NCBI GenBank assembly: GCA_963695545.1
Contig: OY968796.1
Location: 1,952,001-2,016,000, forward strand
DNA: 64,000 nt
Direction: 5' to 3'
DNA from: Terriglobia bacterium
Lineage (GTDB): Bacteria > Acidobacteriota > Terriglobia > Acidiferrales > UBA7541
The position numbers were made by a program, and so were the translations under genes. The notes under the pieces are model-generated. The model was not told where the DNA came from and searched no databases. It saw only the letters and a program-made list of their open reading frames with translations. Below are positions 21,637 through 31,222 of the stretch, piece by piece. The stretch's first letter is position 1. Each line of letters opens with the position of its first letter.

Positions 21637-22884
21637 ATGAGCCTGACCGCGCTATTCGCGTTGCTGGGCGGCCTGCTGGTTCTGGCGTTCGTGGCCAACC
21701 GTTTGTTCCAGTGGACGCGCGTTCCAGACGTGGTCGTGCTGATGATGACGGGGCTTTTGATCGGCCCGGTGCTCGGCTGGGTGCACGCGGGGCCGTTTGA
21801 AGGCGTGGCGCGCGCGTTCGGTTCGCTCGCGCTGATACTGATTCTGTTTGAGGCGGGGCTTGATCTGGATTTGCGGCGCACGCTGCGGCATTTTCCGGGC
21901 GGCCTGCTGCTGGGATTTTTCACCTACGCACTGACGACGCTGGCGGTCGGTGGAATCGTCTGGCGAAATCTCGGATTGCCGCTGCGCGACGCCATGGCCG
22001 TCGGCGCGATCATGGGATGCACGAGCAGCACGATCGTGCTTCCGATTCTCCAACAGTGGAAGGCGCGCGAACCGGTGCGCGTGACGTTGCTGGTGGAATC
22101 GACGCTCGGCGATATTCTGGGCGTGCTCACGACGCAGTTTCTGCTCGATTTCGATCCTTCACAAGGCTCCGCGGTCGGCGGGTTGGCTTCGAAGCTGGCC
22201 TTGCAGGTCGCGATCTCTCTGGCTGCCGCGCTCGTGATTGGATTCTTGTGGTCGAAGTTGCTGCCATTTCTTTCCGAGCAGCGATTTTGGCAGGTGCTGA
22301 CGTTTTCGATGGTGCTGCTGCTTTACGCGGGAACCGAGGCGCTGAAGGGCAGCGGTTTGCTTGCCGTGCTCGGATTTGGCCTCGCGCTTTCCAATTTGCC
22401 GGGCGCGCGTCCGGAAATGGCGGCGATGTTCCAGTGGGCCACGCCGCAGGCGGCTAAGCACGAGCGGATCTTGAGCTTTCATTCGGAGCTGTCATTTCTC
22501 GTGCGAACTTTCTTTTTCGTGATGATCGGAGTGGTGGTGAAGTTGGGCGGGCTGCGCGCAATCTGGTTGTTGCTGCTCGGCGTGATGGGCGCGATTTGGC
22601 TGGCGCGCTGGATCGGCGTGCAATTGACGTCGTGGTCGTGGCGCGAATGCACGCCGCAAGATCTCAAGGTTGTGCTGTGGATGCTGCCGCGCGGCTTGAT
22701 CACCATCGTCTTGGCGCTGGCGGTGGTTGAAGCACGCGGAAGCGCGATGTCGTTTGTGCCGGCGCTGTCGTTCGCCGTGGTCTTGCTCACGAACTTGCTG
22801 GTGCTTGTTGGCGGAATCGACGCCGCGCGCGCCGTGCCGTCTCCTGCGCCCGCTGAAATTGACGTCCTCGCCGCCAGTGAGTGA
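21637..22884 (+). CDS. Cation:proton antiporter (NhaP-like)
   Basis: Many TM segments; LILFEAGL, ESTLGD, MLPRGL. Confidence 0.85.
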   Translation: MSLTALFALLGGLLVLAFVANRLFQWTRVPDVVVLMMTGLLIGPVLGWVHAGPFEGVARAFGSLALILILFEAGLDLDLRRTLRHFPGGLLLGFFTYALTTLAVGGIVWRNLGLPLRDAMAVGAIMGCTSSTIVLPILQQWKAREPVRVTLLVESTLGDILGVLTTQFLLDFDPSQGSAVGGLASKLALQVAISLAAALVIGFLWSKLLPFLSEQRFWQVLTFSMVLLLYAGTEALKGSGLLAVLGFGLALSNLPGARPEMAAMFQWATPQAAKHERILSFHSELSFLVRTFFFVMIGVVVKLGGLRAIWLLLLGVMGAIWLARWIGVQLTSWSWRECTPQDLKVVLWMLPRGLITIVLALAVVEARGSAMSFVPALSFAVVLLTNLLVLVGGIDAARAVPSPAPAEIDVLAASE

Positions 22885-23020
22885 GAAACCCTGGCGTGCG
22901 ATCAGGCGTCCTGAATGGGTGGGCGCAATGCGGTATCCTAGGCCTTGGCGGGCGAGTCTGGCGAGCGATCCCGCTGTCAAGCCAGACCGGTGAACTGCGA
23001 AGGGGAATTGAAGGACACAA

Positions 23021-24064
23021 ATGGTGAACGCGATGAATTTGAAAAAACGGCCGCTGGGTTCGAGCGGCATCGAGATTTCGACCGTGGGCTTTGGCGCCTG
23101 GGCGGCTGGCGGCGGGGGCTGGATTTTTTCGTGGGGGCCGCAGGACGACGCGGAATCCGTGGCCGCGATCCGGCGCGCGGTCGACTACGGCGTAAATTGG
23201 ATCGACACCGCGGCGGTGTACGGCATCGGTCATTCCGAAGAAGTGGTGGGCCGCGCGCTGCGCGAGATTCCCGTGGCGCAGCGCCCGCTGGTCTTCACAA
23301 AATGCGGCGTGCTGACCAATCCCGCAGATCCCTACGGTCCCGTGACGCGCACGATACGCCCCGATTCGATTCGGCGCGAGATCGAACTGTCGCTTAAGCG
23401 CCTCGGCGTCGATCGGATCGACCTCTATCAATTTCACTGGCCGGACGCGACGGGAGTGCCGGTGGAAGATTCCTGGGGCGAGATGGTGCGCCTGATCGAA
23501 GAAGGAAAAGTTCGCGCCGGGGGCGTATCGAATTTCGACGTGGCTCTACTCGAGCGTTGCGAGCGCATTCGCCACGTTGATTCGCTGCAGCCGCCGTTTT
23601 CCTTGATTCGGCGTCAGGCGGCCGCGGACGTGATTCCGTGGTGCGCGGCGCATGGCACCGGCGTGATCGTCTACAGCCCGATGCAATCCGGCCTGCTGAC
23701 CGATTCGTTCGCGGCCGAACGCATCTCGAAGCTGGGCGAAGACGATTGGCGGCGGCGCAACGCGGAGTTCCAGGAGCCGAATCTCGGCCGCAACCTCGCG
23801 CTGCGCGACGCGCTGCGGCCCATCGCCGCGCGGCACGGCGTGAGCGTTTCAGCCGTCTCGACGGCGTGGACGCTCAGTTGGCGCGGCGTCACCGGAGCGA
23901 TCGTCGGCGCGCGATCCGCCGAGCAAGTCGATGGCTGGATCGCCGCGGGGGCGCTCGACCTCACGCCGCAGGATCTTGACGAGATCGCGCGCGCCGTCCA
24001 GGCGACCGGGGCTGGCGACGGTCCCGCTCGGCCAGAGCAGGCCGGGGCCCGGGCCGGAGGTTAA
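23021..24064 (+). CDS. Aldo/keto reductase
   Basis: WIDTAAVYG, VFTKCG, IDLYQFHWP, GVSNF, YSPMQSG. Confidence 0.93.
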   Translation: MVNAMNLKKRPLGSSGIEISTVGFGAWAAGGGGWIFSWGPQDDAESVAAIRRAVDYGVNWIDTAAVYGIGHSEEVVGRALREIPVAQRPLVFTKCGVLTNPADPYGPVTRTIRPDSIRREIELSLKRLGVDRIDLYQFHWPDATGVPVEDSWGEMVRLIEEGKVRAGGVSNFDVALLERCERIRHVDSLQPPFSLIRRQAAADVIPWCAAHGTGVIVYSPMQSGLLTDSFAAERISKLGEDDWRRRNAEFQEPNLGRNLALRDALRPIAARHGVSVSAVSTAWTLSWRGVTGAIVGARSAEQVDGWIAAGALDLTPQDLDEIARAVQATGAGDGPARPEQAGARAGG

Positions 24065-24177
24065 CTGCGCTGGATTATCTGGATTTGATATAGGATCAGG
24101 CGAATCGGAAACCGTCCCTGGGAACTCGATACCTCACTCTGGGAACCTGAGATTTCATGTCGTGAGAGGAGAGTCCA

Positions 24178-24576
24178 ATGGCATCAACGAATCGCTTGGT
24201 ACCGCTTGTGGCCAGGATCTTGATGGCCGTTCCGTTTCTAGTGTTCGGATTTCTGAAACTCAAGGGTTTTCATGGCAGTGTGACCTACCTTGCGGCCCTG
24301 AAAGTTCCTATGAGCACGGTCGCGGCCGTGATCGTGATCATTATCGAATTGTTGGGCGGCCTTTGCCTGGTGCTCGGCTTTAAGACGCGATTCTGGGCCT
24401 GGGTGATGTTTCTCTATTTGATTCCCGTCACGTTCCTGGCCCACAATTTCTGGGCGTTCACGGGTGCGGCGCGCTCGGACAACGAGGCCCAATTCGTGAA
24501 AAACATCGCGATCATGGGCGGATTGTTGATGCTGGCGGCGTTCGGTCCGGGTTCGCTGAGCATCGATAAGGCCTGA
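24178..24576 (+). CDS. DoxX family membrane protein
   Basis: ARILM, ELLGG...LGFKTR, HNFW, KNIAIMGGLL...GPG.LSID. Confidence 0.88.
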   Translation: MASTNRLVPLVARILMAVPFLVFGFLKLKGFHGSVTYLAALKVPMSTVAAVIVIIIELLGGLCLVLGFKTRFWAWVMFLYLIPVTFLAHNFWAFTGAARSDNEAQFVKNIAIMGGLLMLAAFGPGSLSIDKA

Positions 24577-24618
24577 AGATAAAGATCTCACTCGGCTAAA
24601 TGGGGGCGCGCGGCGACT

Positions 24619-25668
24619 CTAGTAGCCGGCCTCGCCGTGCGCTCTCGCATCCACTTTTCCAGCGAACCTGCGATACGCGTGCACCGTGTATGCGGTCGCG
24701 AGCGCCATCCCGATGAACCACCAAATAAGTCCAATCCGCAGTCCATACTCCGGAGCCATCGCATTGTGAACAGTGAGGCCGAAGGCTGGGTCAGTTGATG
24801 CCGGCAGGACGTAGGGATACAGGCTGAACGCCGCGCTGGTCAACATGCCGAGCAGGTAGGCGCAGGAGCCGAAGAAAGCGTTGCGTTCCGCGCCGCGATA
24901 CGAAAACCACGCGATTCCCGCGAGGCCTAAAATCGCAAGAGCGGGGAATACCGCGCCCCAAGCGTGCCCGGAGAAATGCGTCGCCAAGCTGGGTTGCACA
25001 CGGAAGCTCGCTGCGGTAATCGCCGCCGTGAGCGCGGCGACGAGCCACACCGCGCGGCTCGCCAGGCGCCGCGCGCGCACGGACACATCTCCATCGGTCT
25101 TGAGCGCGACCCACAGCGCGCCATGCAACGTCAGCGCCGCAAGTGCCGTCAGGCCGACCAGAATCGTGTACCAATCGAGAACGCCCGCGTCCGGGCCGGG
25201 GCGGAAATTCGTCCACAGCGCCTCGAAAAATCGGCCGTTCGCGTCGAGCGGCACTCCGCGCACAACGTTGCCCAGCGCCGCGCCGAAGAAAACCGCCAAC
25301 AGCAGACTCGCCAGCGCGAAAACCGCGTCCCAGAACGGCGCCCACACGGCGCCGGTCACGTGACTGCGAAATTCCACCGCGACGCCGCGCAGCGTCAAGA
25401 GCCAGAGCACGATCATCAGCGGCAAATAAAAACCGCTGAAGCTTGAGGCGTACAGCGCGGGGAACGCGAAATACAACGTGCCTCCCGCGGCGATCAGCCA
25501 GACTTCGTTGCCGTCCCACACGGGACCGATCGAGCCGAGCACGGAGCGGCGCTCGGAATCCGTGCGCGCCACCAACAGATGCACGATGCCCGCGCCCAGA
25601 TCGAAGCCGTCGAGCACCACGTAGACGGCGAGCATTAGTGCGACCAAGCAGAACCAGAGTGTCTCCAT
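24619..25668 (-). CDS. cydB: Cytochrome bd ubiquinol oxidase subunit II
   Basis: LDGFDLGAG, IGPVWDGNEVWL, LRGVAVEFR. Confidence 0.96.
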   Translation of the reverse strand: METLWFCLVALMLAVYVVLDGFDLGAGIVHLLVARTDSERRSVLGSIGPVWDGNEVWLIAAGGTLYFAFPALYASSFSGFYLPLMIVLWLLTLRGVAVEFRSHVTGAVWAPFWDAVFALASLLLAVFFGAALGNVVRGVPLDANGRFFEALWTNFRPGPDAGVLDWYTILVGLTALAALTLHGALWVALKTDGDVSVRARRLASRAVWLVAALTAAITAASFRVQPSLATHFSGHAWGAVFPALAILGLAGIAWFSYRGAERNAFFGSCAYLLGMLTSAAFSLYPYVLPASTDPAFGLTVHNAMAPEYGLRIGLIWWFIGMALATAYTVHAYRRFAGKVDARAHGEAGY

Positions 25669-25680
25669 CGCGTCTCGTCC

Positions 25681-27027
25681 TCAGGCCGCTACCGGCGCGC
25701 CTTCGTCGTCGCCGGGCCCGCGCTCGATTTCGATGTACACCAGGAAGAGAAACAGAATCGCGAGCACGGTATACAATCCAAAAAATCCCAGCAACGTGAA
25801 CCACGCGTCGCCCGCGGGCACTTGCGGCGACATACCTTTCTGCGTGCGCATCAAGCCGTAGATCAGCCAAGGTTGCCGCGCCGATTCGGCGGTGATCCAG
25901 CCGGCCGTATTGGCGATGAAGGGCAGCGGCAACGAAAGCATCAGAATCCACAACATGGCGCGCGAGTCGTAAAGTTTTCCGCGCAACAATTGCAAAGCCG
26001 CCAGAAGCTGGATGGCGATGAAGATCGTGCCCAAGCCAACCATGATGTGATAGCTGAAATAGACCAGCGGAATCTCATCGGGCCATTCGTCGGCGCTGAA
26101 GCTATCGAGGCCGCGCACCTCGGCGGCCCAGTTGCGATACGTCAGAAAGCTCAGCATCCGCGGAATTACGAGCGGGTTGTCCAGCGTGCGCTTGTTTACG
26201 TCCGGCTGGCCGAGAATCGCAATCGGGGCGCCGCGCTCGCTGTGGAACAATCCCTCCATCGCGGCGAGCGACGCCGGTTGGTACTCGGCGACCATTCGGC
26301 CCTGCCCATCGCCGGTGGGCCAGAGTTGCAGCGCGGCCGCGCACACGCCGACGATCACCGCCGTGCGCAGAAACAGTTGCGCGGACGCGCGATGGCGATC
26401 AGAGAGCAAATAAAACGCGCCGACGGCGGCCATCGTGAAGCAGCCGGTTTGCACCGCGCCCAACATGGTGTGCGCGTATTGCCAGAGCGCCCAGCGATTC
26501 AGCAGCAGCGCCCAGAAGCTGGCGAGTCCCATGCTGCCATCGGGACCGATCGAGTAGCCGACCGGATGCTGCATCCACGCGTCGGTGGCCACGATCAAAT
26601 ATCCGGAAAGCCACGAACCCAGAAACATCGCGAGCGCCGCGAGCCAGTGGCCGCGCGGCCCCAGCCGCTTTTCGCCGAACAGAAACAATCCAAGAAAACT
26701 CGACTCGAGAAAAAACGAAAACACTCCCTCCATCGCGAGCGTCTGGCCGATCACGGCGCCGGCCGTCTTTGAAAATTCGGCCCAGTTCGTGCCGAATTGA
26801 AATTCCATCGGAATGCCGGTGACCACGCCGAGCGCGAAACTGATTCCGAAAATTTTCGCCCAAAAGCGCGCCGCGCGATCCCATCTCGGATCACCCGTGC
26901 GCAGCGCAATCGACTTCATCACCAGGATCAGCAGCGCCAGGCCCATGGTGAGCTGCGGAAAAATGTAATGGAACGTGACGGTGAAGGCGAACTGCAGGCG
27001 ATCGACCGTAAGAGCGTTTTCGAGCAT
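25681..27027 (-). CDS. cydA: Cytochrome bd ubiquinol oxidase subunit I (short Q-loop)
   Basis: RLQFA...FHYIF, EFQFGTNW, WMQHP, LAAME, HIMVG, GWITAESARQPW. Confidence 0.96.
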   Translation of the reverse strand: MLENALTVDRLQFAFTVTFHYIFPQLTMGLALLILVMKSIALRTGDPRWDRAARFWAKIFGISFALGVVTGIPMEFQFGTNWAEFSKTAGAVIGQTLAMEGVFSFFLESSFLGLFLFGEKRLGPRGHWLAALAMFLGSWLSGYLIVATDAWMQHPVGYSIGPDGSMGLASFWALLLNRWALWQYAHTMLGAVQTGCFTMAAVGAFYLLSDRHRASAQLFLRTAVIVGVCAAALQLWPTGDGQGRMVAEYQPASLAAMEGLFHSERGAPIAILGQPDVNKRTLDNPLVIPRMLSFLTYRNWAAEVRGLDSFSADEWPDEIPLVYFSYHIMVGLGTIFIAIQLLAALQLLRGKLYDSRAMLWILMLSLPLPFIANTAGWITAESARQPWLIYGLMRTQKGMSPQVPAGDAWFTLLGFFGLYTVLAILFLFLVYIEIERGPGDDEGAPVAA

Positions 27028-27178
27028 CTAGCGCCTTTCCCGAAATGGTGGCGCGTCGCTCATCCGGCTTCAATGCTCCGAAACATTCGTGGTGGGCGTG
27101 CTGGGATTCGGACCTCGAAATATAACATTTCCATGCGTCACTCCACACATCTAGCCCGGCACTCGAGTCCGCGCCGTG

Positions 27179-28366
27179 TTACACAGCTCGCCCCGCCGCG
27201 GCGCCCGAGGCCCAGGCCCATTGGAAGTTGTGACCGCCGAGGTGACCGGTGACGTCGACGACCTCGCCAATAAAAAATAGTCCCGGCACCCGGCGACTTT
27301 CCATCGTCTTGCTCGATAGTTCGTCGGTATCCACACCGCCCACGGTTACCTCAGCTTTGTCGTAGCCTTCCGTGTCCGCGGGTATCAGAGTCCATTCGTG
27401 CGACTGCCGCTCAAGTTCCGCCAACGCTTGGTTTGTCCAGTCGGATGGCGTATGCAAATCCAGCCAACGCGAGGCGAAACGCTTCGGCAGAAGTCGTTGG
27501 AACGCGCTGCGGGCGGCTGCCATATCCCGAATCTTGGCGTCGCGAATCGCAGCCGTCACATCTCGATCGGGTGCTAGGTCAATTAGGATCGGCTCGCCTT
27601 TGTTCCAATAGGACGAGATCTGAAGGATCGCCGGCCCGCTCACCCCGCGATGAGTAATCAGCATTTTTTCTTTGAACGAGTGATGGCCTGCAGCGACGAC
27701 CACTTCCGCCGACACGCCAGTTAGATCGCAATATTGGGTTTGCTCTTTCGATGCCAACACAAGCGGCACAAGCGCGGGTCGCGTGTCGCGAATTTTCAGC
27801 CCGAATTGGCGGGCAAGGTCGTAGCCGAAAGCAGTAGCGCCCATCTTCGGGATCGAGAGCCCGCCGGTCGCGACCACGAGCGTAGGCGCGTGAAACTCCT
27901 CCAGCTCCGTTCGCACCACGAACTCTGTCGAGCGCCGCACCTCGCCGATTCGGCGATTGACGAATGTTTCCACTCCTGCGCCCTTACACTCGGATTCGAG
28001 CATGTCCGTGATGTCGCTTGCCGAGCGGTCGCAGAAGAGCTGCCCCAGGGCTTTTTCGTGGTAGGGGATGCGATGTTTTTCGACGAGCGCGATGAAATCT
28101 GAAGGTGTGTATCGAGCCAGAGCGGATTTCGCAAAGTGCGGGTTCGCCGAGATGAAATTATCCGGCTGGCAATTGGTGTTCGTGAAGTTGCAGCGTCCTC
28201 CGCCCGATATCAGGATTTTTTTGCCGGCACGCTCGGCACGCTCAATGATCGCGACGCGGCGCCCGCGCTTACCTGCCTCGGCCGCGCACATAAGTCCCGC
28301 AGCCCCGGCACCGAGAATTAAGACGTCGAATCTGCGGCTCACCCTAGCATTTTGCGTCGGTCGCAT
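27179..28366 (-). CDS. HI0933/BaiN-family flavoprotein
   Basis: ILGAGAAG, GKKILISGGGRCNFTN, ATGGLSIP, AEVTVGGV, GEVVDVTGHLGGHNFQWAW. Start trimmed because the ORF-track start lies inside the tRNA. Confidence 0.9.
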   Translation of the reverse strand: MRPTQNARVSRRFDVLILGAGAAGLMCAAEAGKRGRRVAIIERAERAGKKILISGGGRCNFTNTNCQPDNFISANPHFAKSALARYTPSDFIALVEKHRIPYHEKALGQLFCDRSASDITDMLESECKGAGVETFVNRRIGEVRRSTEFVVRTELEEFHAPTLVVATGGLSIPKMGATAFGYDLARQFGLKIRDTRPALVPLVLASKEQTQYCDLTGVSAEVVVAAGHHSFKEKMLITHRGVSGPAILQISSYWNKGEPILIDLAPDRDVTAAIRDAKIRDMAAARSAFQRLLPKRFASRWLDLHTPSDWTNQALAELERQSHEWTLIPADTEGYDKAEVTVGGVDTDELSSKTMESRRVPGLFFIGEVVDVTGHLGGHNFQWAWASGAAAGRAV

Positions 28367-28410
28367 GAAACCGACAACCGACTGTTGGGCAGGTCCGTGG
28401 CGTGGAGGGT

Positions 28411-28487
<77 letters not shown>

Positions 28488-28703
28488 CACCTGTGCGACG
28501 GCTGATTTTACATCTCCGTGGCAGGATTGCGCGGAAGATACGAAACGCCCAGAAGCGTTCCGGTCATGTTCACACCTATCCGCGCGGCGCGCGATCGCGG
28601 GCTGCGTCGCCGCTACCTGACCAATCTTCCGGGCTCGATCCTAGCCACTTGGCGGATGTGGACGCCGGCGCGTCTGTGCGAATGTGTGCTTGGAGGAATG
28701 AAA

Positions 28704-29618
28704 ATGTCCAAAGAACTGATCGAGCTTTCAAACGCATTGGCGCAAGCCACCGAACGCGCTGCCGCGAGCGTCGTGGCTATCCACACAGAATCGCGCGGCT
28801 CTTCGAGCGGAATCGTGTGGCGCTCGGGCGTGATCGTGACGTCCGAACACGCGCTGCGCCGCGATGAAGAAATTCAGGTGACGCTTCCAAATGGCGGCGT
28901 GGCGCCGGCAACGTTGGCGGGCCGCGACGCCTCGACCGACATCGCGGTTTTGAAGTGCGCTGAGGCCAGCGGGCCTGTGCTGGAATTCGGCGACGCAGCC
29001 GCGCTCAAGCCGGGTTCTCTCACGCTCGTCGTGGGGCGTACGCGTGCTAGCGGCCCGGTGGCGGCGCTCGGAGTCGTAAGTCTGATTACGCCGGAACGCC
29101 GCGGTTGGACGGGAGCCTCGCTCGCGCCGTACATTCGGCTCGACGTCGGATTGCAACCCACCGCGGTCGGCGGCGCGGTGATCGACTCGCAGGGTAAAGT
29201 CGTCGGCCTGGCCACACCGCGCTTTGCGCGTTTCGGCGCGATTGCCGTTCCGGCCGCGGCCATAAACAAAATCGCCGGCACGCTTCTCGAAAAAGGACGC
29301 ATGCCGCGCGGCTATCTCGGCGTCGGCTTGCAGCCGGTGCGCTTGCCCGACGCACTTCGCGAAACTCTTAAGCGCAACGAGAAGGGCGCCGCGATCGTTC
29401 TCGAAGTTCATTCCGGCGGCCCGGCGGACAAGGCTGGCATGGTCATCGGCGATATTCTAGTCTCGATGGGTGGCCAAGCCGTCACGCGCCTCGAAGACGT
29501 TCAGTCGCACCTTGCCGCGGACGCGATCGGTAAATCTTTGGCGGTGAAATTTGTTCGTGGCGGCGCGCTCGAGGAACGCAGCATCGAGGTCGCCGAGCGT
29601 CCGCACGGGGGGGAATGA
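28704..29618 (+). CDS. HtrA/S1C-like protein with PDZ domain, lacking the catalytic serine
   Basis: TSEH and TDIAVL present, but LQPTAVGG replaces PGNSGG; C-terminal RGYLGV...GPADKAG..GDIL; GGAGGA RBS. Confidence 0.82.
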   Translation: MSKELIELSNALAQATERAAASVVAIHTESRGSSSGIVWRSGVIVTSEHALRRDEEIQVTLPNGGVAPATLAGRDASTDIAVLKCAEASGPVLEFGDAAALKPGSLTLVVGRTRASGPVAALGVVSLITPERRGWTGASLAPYIRLDVGLQPTAVGGAVIDSQGKVVGLATPRFARFGAIAVPAAAINKIAGTLLEKGRMPRGYLGVGLQPVRLPDALRETLKRNEKGAAIVLEVHSGGPADKAGMVIGDILVSMGGQAVTRLEDVQSHLAADAIGKSLAVKFVRGGALEERSIEVAERPHGGE

Positions 29619-29619
29619 A

Positions 29620-30516
29620 ATGGCGTTATCGGGTATCGGTGAAGTTGTCGGATTTGGCGAGATCGCCGAAAAACTTCGCCGCTCGACCGTAGTGGTTCGC
29701 GCTGGCAGCCGCGGCAGCGGCTCCGGCGTGATTTGGTCGAGCGACGGCCAGATCATCACCAATGCGCATGTCGCACGCGGTACGCGCGCTCGCGTTGAAA
29801 TTTGGGATGGGCGCGAGTTCGACGCGACGGTCACATCGCGCGATCCGCGGCGCGATCTCGCCGCGCTGCGCATCGACGCGACGAATCTTCCCTCCGCGCT
29901 CGCCGCCGATTCATCGCAAGTGCGCCCCGGCGAAATCGCAATCGCCATCGGCAACCCCTTGGGCTTCGTCGGCGCCCTCACCACTGGCGTGATTCATGCC
30001 GTCGGTCCGTTGCCCGGACTCGGCGCGCAATCGTGGGTGCAGGCCAATGTTCGCCTGGCTCCGGGCAATTCCGGCGGGCCGCTCGCCGACGCGCGCGGCC
30101 GCGTGATCGGAATCAACACCATGGTCGCTCGAAATCTCGCGCTCGCGATTCCGAGCAGCGTCGTGCGCGATTTTCTTTCCGCGGGCGCGTCTGACGCGTG
30201 GCTTGGCGTCACCGTTCATCCGGTGCAAATTCCTAAATCGAAGTCCGGCAGCGCGAGCGCGCACAGATTCGGCTTGGTTCTCCTCGAAGTCGAACCCGGC
30301 AGTCCCGCGTCCACCGCATCTCTTCTGCCGGGCGATATCTTGCTCGGCGCCGAAGAAAAAACCTTCGCGTCGCTCGGCGATCTTTCGCAGGCGCTTCACG
30401 GCACCGGCGCACGCACGTTGCGAATAGAGTTTCTCCGCGGAGATTACGCGCGAATTCGCCGCGTCACCGTTCAGCTCGGCGGCCAAAGCGCCATCGCGAG
30501 TTCCGTGGCCGCGTGA
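29620..30516 (+). CDS. HtrA/S1C serine protease with PDZ domain
   Basis: GSGVI, ITNAHV, DLAAL, APGNSGGPL, GINT, PDZ. Confidence 0.9.
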   Translation: MALSGIGEVVGFGEIAEKLRRSTVVVRAGSRGSGSGVIWSSDGQIITNAHVARGTRARVEIWDGREFDATVTSRDPRRDLAALRIDATNLPSALAADSSQVRPGEIAIAIGNPLGFVGALTTGVIHAVGPLPGLGAQSWVQANVRLAPGNSGGPLADARGRVIGINTMVARNLALAIPSSVVRDFLSAGASDAWLGVTVHPVQIPKSKSGSASAHRFGLVLLEVEPGSPASTASLLPGDILLGAEEKTFASLGDLSQALHGTGARTLRIEFLRGDYARIRRVTVQLGGQSAIASSVAA

Positions 30517-31151
30517 TTCGCGTCTTCATCGTCGCCCCGTCGTCGCTCGCGCGAGCGGGTCTGCAAAGTCTCGTCGCCACGCGCGATGTGGAGGTCGTCG
30601 GCAGCGCTTCGAGCTTCGAGTCGCTTGCCGGTCAATGGATGGACGTTGACGCCGACGTCGTCCTCGTCGAGGCCTCCGGCCGGCAGTTTGATTCACTAAT
30701 GAATTCTCTCGCCGCGTCACAACTTGCATCCGAAACCGCGATCGCGATCCTCTCCGATCACCCCGAGCCAGGGTCACTCGCTCGCGCGCTGCGTGCCGGC
30801 GTTCGCGCGATTCTTCCCAGCGATATTTCGTCCGAACATCTCGTCGCCGCGCTCGAAGCCGCGGCAGCGGGGCTCGTCGTTATGCATCCAGTGGAAATCG
30901 CCGGCGCGTTTCCCGCAATCGAGCCCGCTTCGCGCCCGCTCGCGGAACTCGCCGAGCCACTTACGCCACGCGAAAGCGAAGTGCTGCAAATGCTCGCGAG
31001 CGGCCTGGGCAATAAGGAAATCGCCGCGCGCCTGGCGATCTCCGAGCACACTGTAAAATTCCACGTAGCTTCAATCCTCGGCAAACTCGGCGCCGGCACG
31101 CGAACCGAAGCCGTCTCCATCGGCATTCGCCGCGGCCTGGTTCTTCTTTGA
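30513..31151 (+). CDS. NarL/LuxR-family response regulator with atypical receiver domain
   Basis: LTPRESEVL..LASGLGNKEIA..L.ISEHTVKFHV HTH; receiver lacks the acidic pocket and has VVLVE at the phospho-Asp position. Confidence 0.88.
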   Translation: MIRVFIVAPSSLARAGLQSLVATRDVEVVGSASSFESLAGQWMDVDADVVLVEASGRQFDSLMNSLAASQLASETAIAILSDHPEPGSLARALRAGVRAILPSDISSEHLVAALEAAAAGLVVMHPVEIAGAFPAIEPASRPLAELAEPLTPRESEVLQMLASGLGNKEIAARLAISEHTVKFHVASILGKLGAGTRTEAVSIGIRRGLVLL

Positions 31152-31222
31152 TGCACTACAAAATTTGCGGGCCGATTGCCTGAAACGATTTCGCCGCCGC
31201 GTGAGTCATACTGATTGGCGTC

